A stretch of DNA of 64,000 nucleotides from Heteronotia binoei (Eukaryota), in the NCBI RefSeq assembly GCF_032191835.1, contig NC_083234.1, forward strand, positions 17,174,001 to 17,238,000, in the 5' to 3' direction. This document shows, piece after piece, positions 35,883-48,799 of the stretch (position 1 is the stretch's first letter; the number at the start of each line of letters is the position of its first letter). The notes beneath the pieces are model-generated. The model worked only from the letters and a program-made list of their open reading frames with translations. It had not been told where the DNA came from and made no database searches. The translations under genes and the position numbers were made by a program.

Positions 35883-37014
35883 CTGCTCCTCCTTTCTCCC
35901 CAAATAAATACCCGAAGTGGCTTACAGCATTCTACCTCTCCTACACTATATCCTCACAGCAATCCTATAACATAGGTTAGGATGAGAAAGCGTAACTGGC
36001 CCCAGGTCACCCAGCAAGTTTCCATGGCAGAGCAGGGATTCGAACCTGGGTTTCCTGGAATCTAGCTTGGCCATCTAACTCAGGGGTGTCAAACATGCGG
36101 CTCAAGGGCCAGATCAGGCCCCTAGAGGGCTCCTATCAGCCTGCGAGCAATTCCCTGTCCTCTGCTTCCTTCTCTCTCTCTCGTTCCCTTCTGCATCACA
36201 GCTTGCTTTGCCAGCTTGCTCAATCGCACAGAAGCTACAGAGCAAAGCCTCTATTTCCTCCATTGGCTGATCAGTACACAAAGCAACATATGTACAAAAG
36301 CTCATAATGCCCAGCCATTTCATGTTTTCCTCTGGGTCTTAGGTTGAAAGCATTAACCATGAGATTTATGTAATGAATGTCAATAAATCAAAAGTAGGTT
36401 TGCATCTTGCAGATACACACTTGAGCTACACATGAACAGCATACTAAAGGCTGGTACAGCACAGACATTGTCTCCAGAATTTGATTCAATAATTCGGAGC
36501 AAGAGGTGTCAGTTATCAGAAACTGTTAAATAAACAGGATATTGCTAAAGTGCTAATCTCTTAAGCATGTTTTAAGTTTTTTTAAAAAAAAAACTTTAGT
36601 TGTGTTTGTCTGTGCTCTTTATAAAGTTTTTAACTTTGCTACCTGGCGTTACATTTTATGACACACATGGCCTGCCCGACAAGGTCAGATCTGGCCCTCT
36701 TAGCAAATGAGTTTGACACCCCTATTGTAACCATTATACCACACAGGACCTCAAACTGACCTTATGCCAGTTTCAAGTATCTAATGAAAACAGTTTTGAC
36801 TCTTGATGGCTCAGCAGCAGAGCTCACACTTGGCGCACCATAAAGGTTTTTCGGATTAAGCCGCATGACCATTTTAACATGGCTAGGGAAAGATTCCATT
36901 TTGGGGACCTGGAGAGTTGCTACCTTGTGGAGTAGCCACATTTGCCCAGCTGGACCAAGGGCAGGAAGTGGATTCATGCAAGTTCTTAGCAGCTTCAGCC
37001 GAGTTCGTCCTCAC

Positions 37015-37190
37015 CTCTCACTGGCGCCCCGTCCATGATCTCGTATTTCGCTATTGTGTCGTTCTCATGATACACGTTTGGCCCGGTCCCCGTGGTCTCC
37101 CTCTTGATGATGTCTATCTCCATGTGTTTGATCTTGATCCTCACGAGCAGGAAGTAGATCTTCCCAACAATCACATCTTTTAAATGATAC
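37015..37190 (-). CDS. VPS26B: VPS26B coding exon 4
   Basis: YHLKDVIVGKIYFLLVRIKIKHMEIDIIKRETTGTGPNVYHENDTIAKYEIMDGAPVR(G), 176 nt. Confidence 0.97.
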
Positions 37191-39540
37191 CTGGGAGAGA
37201 CAAGAAAAATTGGTGGAGAATTAGTACGGGAGACCGGCCAAGAGGTATTTTCTTCTCATTCCATGAAAAAGCTGGGGTTGTCCTTTCCCTGTGCAAGCTG
37301 CTGAGAAAACAGTTTGGCCTCTGTGGAGAAACACCATTTTAGGCCTGTATTTAACTGAAAGCAGGCTTTGGGCCTAGTCTCTTCTCCCTTCCCCCCTGTC
37401 TGGAAACAGCAATTCTGAGGCCACCTAGACAGACAGGAAGTCTTTCAGGCTGGTCTCCCAGAAGGCTGCAGGAGGGTAAACCAGTTCCTGGGTGGGAGCT
37501 GCAATTTATATTGGAGATTTTGAGCGGGAAACCCTCAGTAGTTGGCATTTCAGTCTTGGAGTTCAGTCTCAGAGTGGGCAGTCAGGCAGTTAGTATGGAA
37601 ACCGTCTTAAGAAGGTATGGTCAGGCTTGCAGCGGTCCAAGTAAGGTGCCTGCCTTGCATGTCCTCTAGTTAGGTCAAGTATTATAACAGGGAGAGAAGG
37701 AGAATTTTTCCCTACTTTGATTTATTTCTTCTGTTCACTTTTCTTTGAAATGCCTGGACATAGTGAATTACCGTAAATAAATATTTTGTCTGTTTAAAGT
37801 GGAGTCCCTGAGTTCGATCCCAGCAGAAGCTGGGTTCAGGTAGCCAGCTCGAGGTTGACTCAGCCTTCCATCCTTCTGGGGTCAGTAAAATGAGTACCCA
37901 GCTTGCTGGGGGGAAAGTGTAGATGACTGGGGAAGGGAATGGCAAACCACCCCGTAAAAAGTCTGCCGTGAAAACGTTGTGAAAGCAACGCCACCCCAGA
38001 GTCGAAAACGACTGGTGCTTGCACAGGGGACTACCTTTACCTTTATGCAGTTTTAGCCAATTAAGTTCGGCTGTTTAGTATCATTAAGAACCACTGAGGA
38101 TGGAGACACGTTCCTGAAAATGGACAAGGGCTTCCAGCATTGAGGGGAGCGGCACAATACAGGCCCATGTGCTGGACAAGAAATAATGTTTCCCGACAAT
38201 TTCATTCAGGAATACTTTTTCCACAACACCTCCCAAAGTTCAGTGAACCAAAAACAGGTCACAAAGAAGAAGAGTTGGTTTCGATACTCTGCTTTTCTCT
38301 ATTTTAAGGCGTCTCAAAGCGACTTACGATTGCCTTCCCTCCCTCTCCCCTCAACAGGCACTCTGAGAGGCAGCTGGGGCTGAGAGAGCTCTGAGAGAAC
38401 TGTGACGGGCTGAGGGTCACCCAACCAGCTTCATGTGGAGGAGTGTAGAATCAAACCCGGTTCTCCAGATTAGCGTCCCTCGCTCTTAACTGCTACACCA
38501 CACTGGCTCTACTCCTGACCTACTGGAAGAGGTCCATTGGACACCCCCCTCCCCTTTCCCAAAAGAGATGCGCAACTATACTATTTAGGGCTTTTTGAAA
38601 TGGATTTTCTTCTGCCGGCAAATTTTAGGGTTCTGGAGACTACAGGTGGCATCTTTGTCTCATTCATCAGTGATGTGTGCTGTATTAACCTGTCGCAATT
38701 TTCAACTTTTCTATTTTGGAAGCTGCTTTGAGCGTCAGGAAAGGTGGAGGGGGGGGATTGTAAATACAGTATGTTCTGCCCGCATGTCCCTGTACAATCC
38801 CCCGGAACAAAAACATGGTTTTCATCCCACTTAATTCTGTTACTAACAACAAGAAATTTATTAATGCAGATGCGTTCTTCTCACAAGCGCTGTTTGACAA
38901 AATAAAGGATGCTATTTTTAAAACAGAGACAAAAATACAAGTGTTAATGAATCTCACACACACTCCTAATCTTGAATACGGAGATATTAAAAGCTGGTAT
39001 CTTTTACAAGGTTGTCATGAGGATGACTAAAATAATCATGAATCACCAGTGCTTGAAACGTACTTTGTAGTCAGTTCTGCGGAAATAATTCCTCTCGATC
39101 CCCTTCGCCGGATGAGGAAACAACGAAAGGAACGTTTCCCTGAGTAATCCAAAACAACTGAAGGTGAACCAAGCTGAATCCATAAGAGAAGCCCATCCAC
39201 TGGTCTGCTCTCTCTCTCTTGTGAGGTTTGAAGCTGGGGCGGGGCCTTAGCTCAGTGGCAGAGCATCTGCTTGACATGCAGAAGGTCCAACCAGGTTCAA
39301 TCCCCAGCAATTTCAGTTAAAAGGACTATGTAATGGGTGATGTGAAAGATCTCCACCTCAGACCCTGGAGAGTTCCTGCCAGTCTATGTAGACAGCACTG
39401 ACCTTGAGGAATCAAATGGTCTGATTCAGTACAAGGCAGCTTCATATGTCTATGTAACCAACAGGCTTAGATACACTAAGCCCCTCCAACCACTCAGGGG
39501 ATGACCTCCTCCTTGGCAGGACAACAAGAAACCCCAATCC

Positions 39541-40066
39541 CCGCAGTGGATTCTGTTAAACCTATGGCCTAATCTGGAGCTTTCAACATTAAAAAAGGAA
39601 CTAGCTGCACTACTTTTGCTTGCTGGTAAAATCACGATTGCTACCTATTGGAAACAACCTAATAGCCCTCCACTCCAGAATTGGTGCAATAAAGTGTGGG
39701 ATGTCTTGCTTCAGGATAAACTGACTACTACTATTACTTTGCTAGACACTGTTAAGGCGGGAGACTGGTTTTTGCAAAAGTGGTTTAGCTTCCTTGAGCA
39801 CGTGAATGGATCTGACACTATATTTGGGAAACTGCCGGCAAAATATATGAACTTTATGATTTACTAATATTTGAATGGATGTAACCCAGTGATCTCTGAC
39901 TCTTTGACTTATTTATACAATTTGATGAGTGTTTCTGTAAACTCTAACTAGTAATATCTGATGTGACGGTATTTGCAAGGTTATGTATTGGTTCCCCTTG
40001 TTGGGGAATGTTATTTATTCAAATTTATTTAAATGTTTCAATAAAATTTAAATTAAAAAAAAAAAA
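39541..40066 (+). mobile_element. 5'-truncated L1/Tx1-like LINE with poly(A) and 15-bp TSD
   Basis: Open ORF2 C-terminus (..AGKITIATYWKQ..PPLQNW..); A-tail; aagaaaccccaatcc at 39526-39540 and 40067-40081. Confidence 0.85.
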
Positions 40067-40189
40067 AAGAAACCCCAATCCACGGCCTTCCAAGGATGCC
40101 TTCATGTGCGTTCATCTCTTAAGATGCTATCTATGGGATAAGCATCAAAAACCCAACCAAGACACAAGCCCCCTCGGCAGGCTCCTTAC

Positions 40190-40354
40190 TTGGACTTGTT
40201 GTACTCAAACTCAATATGCAGGCAATCTTCAATCCCCACCTCCATCTTGATGGAGGAGTTGAGCTCTGGGTAGGTGCTCAGCGTGTGCACGACAATGTCC
40301 ATCTCCTTCACCACGTCGTTCAGTCGGCGGCTGATGGTGGCCCGGAGGAAGTAC
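40190..40354 (-). CDS. VPS26B: VPS26B coding exon 3
   Basis: YFLRATISRRLNDVVKEMDIVVHTLSTYPELNSSIKMEVGIEDCLHIEFEYNKS(K), 165 nt. Confidence 0.97.
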
Positions 40355-41141
40355 CTGCAAAGAAGGGAGAAACTGCCCGATAGCTCGACGAGCGTGAACA
40401 CATGTTGTGTTTTAGGAAGCGTATCTGGTATCGGGGGCAGGGGACAATTCCTTGCGACGCTGGGACACCCGCTTTTGAACGGACTTGATATTTTTTCAGG
40501 TCTGTGTGACTGTGGAAGCAATCCTAAGCAGGTCTACTCATAAAGTCTCTCCAATGTTATTCAACAGGGCTTACTCCCAGGAAAGCATCCACAGGACTAC
40601 AGCCTGTGTCTTTCTTTCTCCTCAATTGATGTGTAAATATGAGACGTGTCACTGGAAAGCTAAGGGAAAGTAATGTACTGTTTTCAAAATATCCGCAATT
40701 TTTTTCCCTTGGAAGAGGAAAATGCCACCTTATTGTTAAGCCTACTGTTCCAGTTTTCTAACACAGTCTAGATCCCTAGATAACTGGGACTTCATTGCTG
40801 GAAATTTTAAAAAATTGTATGCTAACAGAACACAAAGCCACAGAGCTGTGGCGGCAAAAAGTGTCAAGACTAGTATCTGGGAGACTCAGGTCCGAATCCT
40901 CATTCGTGTAATGGAAGTGGCTGAAATGGAAACCCTTGGTTCTCCCCCCATCCTATACCTGCATATATAGCTTTATTTGAACCTTTCACACTCTCTCAAA
41001 CCTACTTTTGTAGGGTTGTTGTGAGGAGAATGGTATAAACTGCTTTGGGACCCCACTGGGGAGAGTGGCAGGGTATAAATGAATAAAATAAGTAAATAAG
41101 TAACTCCCCTACCCACCCCTCAACAAGAAACTACATCCCAC

Positions 41142-41298
41142 CTTAGTTTCACATTCTGCCCAGTATAGGACTCATATGGTTTCTCCACATGTGTGAATTC
41201 GAAGTCAAACGTCTGCGACTGGGTGAACTCCCCTGGGCGAGCCAAGTCCTTCACCAGGGAGACAAATTCATGATGATTCCCTCGGTCATAATATAGCT
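41142..41298 (-). CDS. VPS26B: VPS26B coding exon 2
   Basis: (E)LYYDRGNHHEFVSLVKDLARPGEFTQSQTFDFEFTHVEKPYESYTGQNVKL(R), 157 nt, AG/GT boundaries. Confidence 0.97.
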
Positions 41299-41829
41299 CT
41301 GGAAGTCAAAACAAAAAGCCACTCAGTAAATCAAGTGCCTGCCCACAACGGCGACCTTAACTGCTCCAGCATCCCTCCCCCAAGGGGATTTTGGGGACTG
41401 TCGCTGGGAATTTCTAATGGACACAGTTCATTCCCCTTCACAAAACACATTTCTTGGGACCTCAATAAAAATATGGGAAGAATGTGCCAGAGAGAGAGAT
41501 ATGTCTAGAAGTGTCCACTGCCTGCTGAAAAGGCAACCCACTTTTCAAATTCTGATTCTGAAAGAGAAACAGGAAAGCAGCCAAGCAAAAGGGGCCAAAA
41601 TGGAAACTTAAGAAGAATCTCTTGCAGGGGTGGCCAAACTGTGGCTTGGGAGCCATATGTGATTGTGTGGCTCTTGAAGCCCCCACCGCCATGTCAGCCA
41701 GATGGGAGAAGGCATTTGTCTCTTTAAATCACTTCTCCAAGCCAGAGAATGTATTTAAAGCTGCTTTTTCCCCACCTCTCCTTCCCTCCCCATTTATTTG
41801 TCTTCCTTCCTTCCTTCTTGCAGATCTCA

Positions 41830-41925
41830 AACATCTGACATTCATGTCTTGCAGCTCTTGAACATCTGACATTCATGTCTTGCAGCTCTTGAACATCTGA
41901 CATTCATGTCTTGTGGCTCTCAAAC
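41830..41925 (+). repeat. 31-bp tandem repeat x3 inside a MITE
   Basis: aacatctgacattcatgtcttgcagctcttg starting at 41830, 41861 and 41892. Confidence 0.85.
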
Positions 41926-43267
41926 GTCTCACATTTATTCAATATGGCTCTTCCATTAAGCAAGTTTGGCCACCCCTGTCTTAGCCAATGACCAATGGTC
42001 TGACTCAGAAAGCGGCAGCTTCAAGGGATCCTACACCTCCACCGTATTTTTTCATTCTGCCAGATGACACAGGACACGGGCTGGTCTCTCATGCCTATCA
42101 TGAAGATCCTCTCTCTTCCAAGTTCACAAACAAGAGAGAAACTCCAGGTTGGGGAAGCTATTTTGGAGACAGGAATGGTTATCACTGGTTACCAGATTTG
42201 TGGACCCCTATTTTTTTTCACACTTAAATTTTTATTAATTTTTCTAAACAAAATATTCATAGACATTAAACATAATAAACAATAACACAGATAAATACTA
42301 AAACAACATAAAGAGTACTCTTACAGTCTTCTATTACTACATATCTAAGCATTTACCATCCATGTTTCAAGTATATTATTTCACAATGTATCATATCTTT
42401 TTTTTTCCAAATTAAGAAGATTCTAGCAAGCAATTAAGCACTTAGGAGTCCTTGCATCTGAAAAAGCAGCTGCCCAAGCAGGGCCGGTGAAGGGGAATGG
42501 TGGATAAGACAGATTGGTGGATAACAATCCAAGCTCTCCTGGCCACAGTTACTAACTGGACGGGAAACCACCAAGAAAGACCAGGGATGGTGTGCAGAAG
42601 AAGGCACTGGCAAACTGCCTCTGCTCATCTCGTGTCTTGAAAAACCCCTGGTCCTGGGGTCATCAACCTGTTAAGAGTTGTTTGCATTAAGATGTCTAGA
42701 TATTACATCTACAGGGATCAATGTTCCTCTTAATACCAGGGAAATGATTATAACCAACAACTGTCAATATGAGGTTTTATGTAAATGTCACATAGCCGGA
42801 GAATTTTCAAACTTATTAATAGACACTTGCCAAGTTCAATTTTCAGCTCTCCGGAACATCACATACCATACACCTGGAATGGATAACAGATTCAGAATAC
42901 TTGCTGCTAATAACAGTGCTTAAGAGCTGGCATCCTGAAGGTGCCATGCTAGGAAGGTGCACCTAATAATTAATTCACACAGCCAATTGAGTGTGAACGG
43001 CACAGGTGGGCCTCTGAGAGTTTGGAGCTTAGTAAGGCAGTCCTGTGATTGTCCCACCATGAGCCCAGACAACAACATCTGTCGACTCTAGTCTTTCTGT
43101 CACTCAGATGACTTTTTGAACTTTTGTGGGAAACCAGGGATTGAGCCAAAATCCAAGGAAGTAGTCAGCATCCTTGGCAATCTCTTTAAGGATCCACTCA
43201 ACCGACCTTCTCAATAGACTACCTGAATGCTTCTGTACTGATTCTCACATTATTTCTTCTGCAGATG

Positions 43268-43380
43268 GGGTGCATTCCCACTATACTAAATAATGCCTTT
43301 TTGCAACTGGATTTCTGCTATTCTTACACAGTAAAAATCCAATTTGAAAAGGCATTATTTAGTGTAGCGTGAATGCACCC
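43268..43380. mobile_element. Small palindromic MITE with 3-bp TSD (PIF/Harbinger-like)
   Basis: gggtgcattc.cact.tactaaataatgccttt arms; ATG on both sides. Confidence 0.6.
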
Positions 43381-46300
43381 ATGGTGTCACATCCATGCAT
43401 TTAAATGCACACACATTTCCAGTAATGAAGGAATGGTTATGCAAGTTTTAAAATTTGGTCTACTGCACTGGCAAGAAGTGGGAGGATGCATTGTACCACC
43501 TAATTCCCAAAATGTGTACCACAACACTCGTGGCATTTTTTAATTTATTATTGTTCTATAGAAGACTTTTTTTTTTGTAAAGAAGTCCCCAAATATGAAG
43601 GAACAACACAAAAGTCAATAAATAAAAGAATAAAAGAGAGGGAAATAAAAGAAATTGGCGTCAAGTCATCAAAAACCAGGGAAGAAGGGCTTAAAATAAG
43701 ATATAAGGTCACATCTGCAGCCATGACTAACAGTACCCTTTAGAGGGGGCATAGGTTTTATGGCAGCTGCCCCATGGTGCAGTGTATTAAAGCTGCAGTA
43801 CTGCTGTCCTAAGCTCTGCTCACGACCTGAGTTCTATCACCGGTAGAAGCTGGGTTCAGGTAGCCAGCTCAAGGTTGACTCACCCATCCATCCTTCCGAG
43901 GTCCGTAAAATGAGTACCCAGCTTGCTGGGGAGAAAGTGTAGATGACTGGGGAAGGCAAGGGCAAACCACCCCATAAAAAGTCTGCTGTGAAACACTGTG
44001 AAAGCAAGGTCACTCCAGAGTCGGAAACAACTAGTGTTTGCACAGGGGACCTTTCCTTTCCTTTTTCCAGGTTTTGTGGCAGACAAGTGTACTGTACAGT
44101 GCTTCATGGAATCAATCAGAGGATCCAGGGAAGTACCACAGGAGTGTGGGGCTGGCTAATTCGCTATTGGTGGGAGTACCAAGAACCAAATACTCAAACT
44201 AAAGAATGAATCTTCAGAGAGAGAGCTCTCCATCCCAAACAGCTGCATTAGACCAGCACATTTCAAACACTCGACCATTCTCTATCAACAGGAGAGGGGC
44301 TGTGCCTCAGTGGCAGAGCAGAAGGTCCCAGGTTCAATCCCCAGCATCTTCAGTTAAAAAAGGACTCGATGATATTGGGTGTGAAAGGCCTCTGCCTGGG
44401 ACCCTGGAGAGCCGCTGCCCGTATGAGAAGATCTTGATGGACCAATGGTCCGATTCAGTATAAAGCAGATCTGTGTGTCTGTCAAGAACCTCCGATGTAT
44501 TTGTAGAAACTGCTCCAAGGCACACTGTTTCTTTGTACGTGGTGCAAGCCAAGCCAGTTGGGCCTAGCTTCACGTATACTCTCTCAAACTCACCCAACAC
44601 TGCCCTAGAGCAGCACCGTGCAGAGAAAACTCCAGAATAGAACATAAAGCATCTTTCAGGTAACCTTACCTGCTGCTACCGGTTTTCCCTTTGGGATATA
44701 ATCTTCCAAGGAAGCTGGCAGTCCTGCCAATCACCGATCTACAACAGCGATCACAGTGCCTTAGAGCAATTCACAGTCATGGAATGTCACAACGATAACT
44801 ATCAAAAGCCGCGCCATGACTATTGGCTGTAAGATGCACACGCGCAACTCCTCTTTTAAAGCCAGTACAACGCAAAGTCTCAGAGGTCAGGAATGAACAA
44901 TAGGGACAGGAGGGGGTCTTTAATATGTTCTGCCTGCCAACCTCACAGAAAGCCACTAACATCAATGAAGGACATCAAACTATATAAATCACTGCATATC
45001 ACCTGTGTATAAATCCACATTCATGAGCATAAAGCAGGCCTGCACAAAAAGGAATGGTTTTTTTGTACAACCGGTGCTCTGGGAAGAGGAACACAAGCTA
45101 ACACTGAAAAGAAATGTGTACGTCTCTCTTACTTCCCTATTGATAACTGTTCAGGATGGAGTGCCATGAAGGCAATCTGTTCTTCCACAGTGGAAAGGAT
45201 CACATCGGTCTATGGAACATAAGAGAAGCCATGTTGGATCAGGCCAATGGCCCATCCAGTCCAACACTCTGTGTCACACAATGGCCAAAAAAAGCCAAGT
45301 GCCATCAGGAGGTCCATCAGTGGGGCTAGAAGCCCTCCCACTGTCCCCCCCCAAAGCACCAAGAATACAGAGCATCACTGCCCCAGTCAGAGTGCCAACA
45401 ATACGCAGTAGCTAATAGCCACTGATGGACCTCTGCTCCATATGCTTATCCAATCCCGTCTTGAAGGGGAATGACCAAATGAGGAGTCTCTATCAAGAAC
45501 ACCAGCACACGTCTTCTCTCCTGAAGGAATTGTAGAAAAAGATTTCAAAAGGCCCTTTGCTTGCAAATTTTAGGAGTATAATATTGGCCCTGCTGGATGG
45601 CCCAGGCTAGTTCAATCTCATCAGATCCTGGAAGCTAAGTGGGGCTGGCCCTAGTCATTACTTGGATGGGAGACCTCCAAGGAAGTCCAGGCGGAAGTCA
45701 GCAACAGCAACCCACCACTGTCGCCTTCAAAAACCTATGGGGTGGCCAGAATTTGGCAGCAACCTGACGGCACTTTCCACCACCTGTTGGATCAAAGGTC
45801 AATTTTGTCCACTATGTGGTTATTAAGTGGCCAGCTAGATAGCTTTGGGAAGCGCACAAGAAGGCCATATCCATCCCCCTATTGTTGGTTCCATGCGTAT
45901 GAAGTAGAGCAGAGGTGTCAAACATGTAGCTCGGGGGTCAGGTCAGGCCCCAGAGGGTTCCTATCAGGCCCACGAGCAAGTCTGCGTTCTTCTCCCTCTC
46001 TCTTGCTTCCTTCTGCATCACAGCTTGCTTTGCCAAGCTTGCTCAACCACACAGGAAAGCCTGTACTTTTTCCATTGGCTGAAGCTCCTCCCTTGGAAGG
46101 GGAGAAGGGAGAGCTTGCTTTGCCAGGCTCCCTCAATCACACAGCAGAGCTACTGAGCCAAGCCTCTTTTCCTTCTATTGGCTGAGGCTCTGCCCCCTCC
46201 TCATCCCCTGGGAAGGCAGGAAAAGAGCCAGATCTTCCTTTGCCCAGTTCTCCTAATCACACAGGCGAGGTTTAAAAAAAACCTTAAATCATGTTTGTCT

Positions 46301-46529
46301 GTGTCCTTTATAAAGTTTATATCTCCACTAGCTGGCATTACATTTTATAACACATGCGGCCCGGCCCGACAAGATCTCATTTATGTCAGATCCGGCCCTC
46401 ATAACAAGTGAGTTTGACACGCCTGGTGTAGAGAGCTAAGAGAGGTATACTGCCTCTATACACAGAGGTTCCATTAACCATGGTAGCCAAAAGCCAAAGA
46501 GCCCCCCAAGATCACTCGCTTTTCCTTAC

Positions 46530-46752
46530 CAATCTGTCCAATGAACTCCACCTTGATGCCCTGGTGTTCCAGCCGCTTGTTCGGGTGCTTGAGGGTGAGG
46601 ATGACACGCCCCGAAACTGTCTCACCATCATAAAAGAGGAAATATTTCTCCTTCTTGCCCTCCTCGGTCTTATGCTCTGCCCGGCGCCTGCTCTCTGCAT
46701 CGCTCAGCACCAGTTCCAACTCCGCGCTCTGTCCAAACCCAAAGAAGCTCAT
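46530..46752 (-). CDS. VPS26B: VPS26B coding exon 1 (retromer subunit)
   Basis: MSFFGFGQSAELELVLSDAESRRRAEHKTEEGKKEKYFLFYDGETVSG...FIGQI+G|GTAAGG, 223 nt. Confidence 0.97.
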
Positions 46753-47319
46753 CACAGCGTTAGGGACAGGGGGCAGCACCCCAGAGATTTGCAGCACCCC
46801 AGGAAGAGCCCGTGTTGAGCCAGGTAATTCGCCACCGAGAACACCTGGCCAAGGAAGTGGTGCTCAGAATCCTCTCTCCTTTGGTCAGAGTCCAGTTAGT
46901 CAAGCAAATGGAGGAAACCTCTGGAAACAGGGAACCTTCAACATAGGGAGATGGGGGAGCAGACACTGCTTGGGGGACTGGGGGGGCAGGCTCAATGTAA
47001 AAGAAGGCCCGGTTGCTTAAGAAGGCGGGCAAAACGATGCCACTGGAACGGTGCTCTCTGCAACCTGCAGCAACGATACCTCTCTGGCTGTGGCAGTTCC
47101 TGAGCCCTGGAGTCAGCGGTCCAGAGGCTGGGCCGAGGAGGTGGTTTTCTCCTCTAACCTCCCATACGGGGAAGGTGGGCGTGCAAAGAAGGCGGGAGGA
47201 GGGTCCTGCGAGCTGGAATCAGGGCGCGACGTTGCAAGCAAATGGGGAGAAAGGGATGCAGCGAATTCTATCGCTCCTGACAATCCAGATGAGGAAAGGG
47301 GACGAAGAGGCATGCAGAA

Positions 47320-48060
47320 AAGCGGAGTGGGGGGGAGCGTGCCGCGGGGAGGGCAAAGGGGGCTTACGAAGAGGTGCCAATCCAGGGGCCCACCTCCGAG
47401 GCTTTTTGCAAAAAAAAAAAAAAATGCAATCGATGAAGGAGGAGGTAAGAGGAGCAGCGACGGGGGCGTTGCTCCTTCGGCAAAGGCTGCTGCGGGAAGG
47501 CCCGAGGCTCCGGGGGCTCAATGCAATCGCAGCTGGCCGCGCACAGCCTTTGCAAGGGATGACAGGCAGCCTCCGCAGCGGTGCCCCCGGCGCGCTCGCG
47601 CTCCCTTCGTCCCTTCGCCTCGCCTTCGCTGGCTGCGGAGCTCGCGCCGCGGTCCCGGACCGCAAGCCCTCGCAACGCGCACGCGCCGCACCCGGGCCCG
47701 CGGAGGGAGGGAGGGAGCGAGCCGCGCGCTCCCCACTGCGCACGCGCCTCAGCCCTTTTTCGGGCTTAGCGACGCGGCGCGGAGCGCAATGAGGCAAGGC
47801 GAGCTCCCCCGGCGCGCAGGCGCGCCGCGAGGACTCCGCCCCCGGAGGCGTCAGGGATTGGCCGGCGGAAAGAGAGCGCCGTGATTGGCTGGTTCGAAGG
47901 TGCCGGTGGCGGCGACTTTCTGAGGCGATGGCGGCGGAGAGGCTGCTGGGCGCCTTGGAGCGATGGAGGATACGGGAGGTCAGCTCCGGTGAGTCCGGGC
48001 GGGAAGAGCTGCGGAGTCTGAGGAGAGGTCCCTGATCTGTTGGTCTTGATTTGCCAGGGG
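47320..48060. promoter_or_regulatory. CpG island / bidirectional VPS26B-NCAPD3 promoter
   Basis: Very GC- and CpG-rich. NRF1-like TGCGCACGCGC ~47737; GC box ~47835; two CCAAT boxes (ATTGG 47857-47861 and 47884-47888); CHR-like TTCGAA 47893-47898. Confidence 0.85.
47928..47988 (+). CDS. NCAPD3: NCAPD3 coding exon 1 (condensin II HEAT subunit CAP-D3)
   Basis: GCG ATG G context; MAAERLLGALERWRIREVSS+G|GTGAGT, 61 nt, in phase with exon 2. Confidence 0.85.
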
Positions 48061-48799
48061 TGGGGTTGCCACCAGGTGGGACAAACCAATGGCATAACAC
48101 GGTCGGGTGGATCGCCTGGAGAAAACCGTGTGAGGAATAACACTCCGTTATGTGATTTCCAATTATATACTTCAATTCATTATTATAACTGAGTTTAGTA
48201 ACAATTTTACAGTTGATTCCGCAATTGATAAAGGTACCAATGAAGAACAAACTGATCTGTACATTGCAATTCACAAAATAATATGCAAAAAACAGTTGCT
48301 TCAAAATATGAGAAAAGAGTGCACGAAGTTGAAGAGCAAGGCTCTAGTTGCGCGGAAAGAAATCGATGGTCAGTTTCTTCCACAGCAGATGTTAATTTTC
48401 AAGGCAACCCTTGAATCCTGACAGCTCCTGGTAATTACGCCTGTTTTGGACACCCTTGGTCTGACACAACTTATTCCTGGAACCAATGCTCAATGAATAT
48501 TTGCCCGTTAGTCTAGTCAGTTTCCCAAGGCATTAGTGGAGGATAAGTTGTTTTTTTCCAGGTAACCCATTAAAAAAATAGAGTGGTGTTTTACATCTGC
48601 ACATATAAGTTACAGTTTTGCCCCATAAAAATAATGTTTGGTGTATAACATTTTTAGGGGGTTGTCAGGCATTCAGGGATGCCTTCCTTTTGAGTAAATA
48701 TCTGATGGGGTTGTGCAACTGTAAAACCTCCCCCAAAGGACTGAAGTTGCTCTGCTTTACTTGAGGATTCCAAGGGATGAGTTTTCGTAATTCCTTCAC

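Noticed and set aside
41830-41925. Regularly spaced repeats as a possible CRISPR-like array
   Set aside because: Head-to-tail 31-bp tandem units without unique spacers, inside a eukaryotic MITE.
45590-45720. 5S rRNA-like sequence
   Set aside because: Partial, diverged and fused to an RTE-type tail; SINE, not an rRNA gene.
47013-48304. Long ORFs of 361, 277 and 259 aa over the CpG island
   Set aside because: Ala/Arg/Pro/Gly-rich products open on several frames and both strands; typical stop depletion of GC-rich promoter DNA.
48152-48421. 89-aa plus-strand ORF in NCAPD3 intron 1
   Set aside because: No splice sites compatible with NCAPD3 exons 1-2 and no recognisable motif; the region is considered instead as a possible antisense exon remnant.
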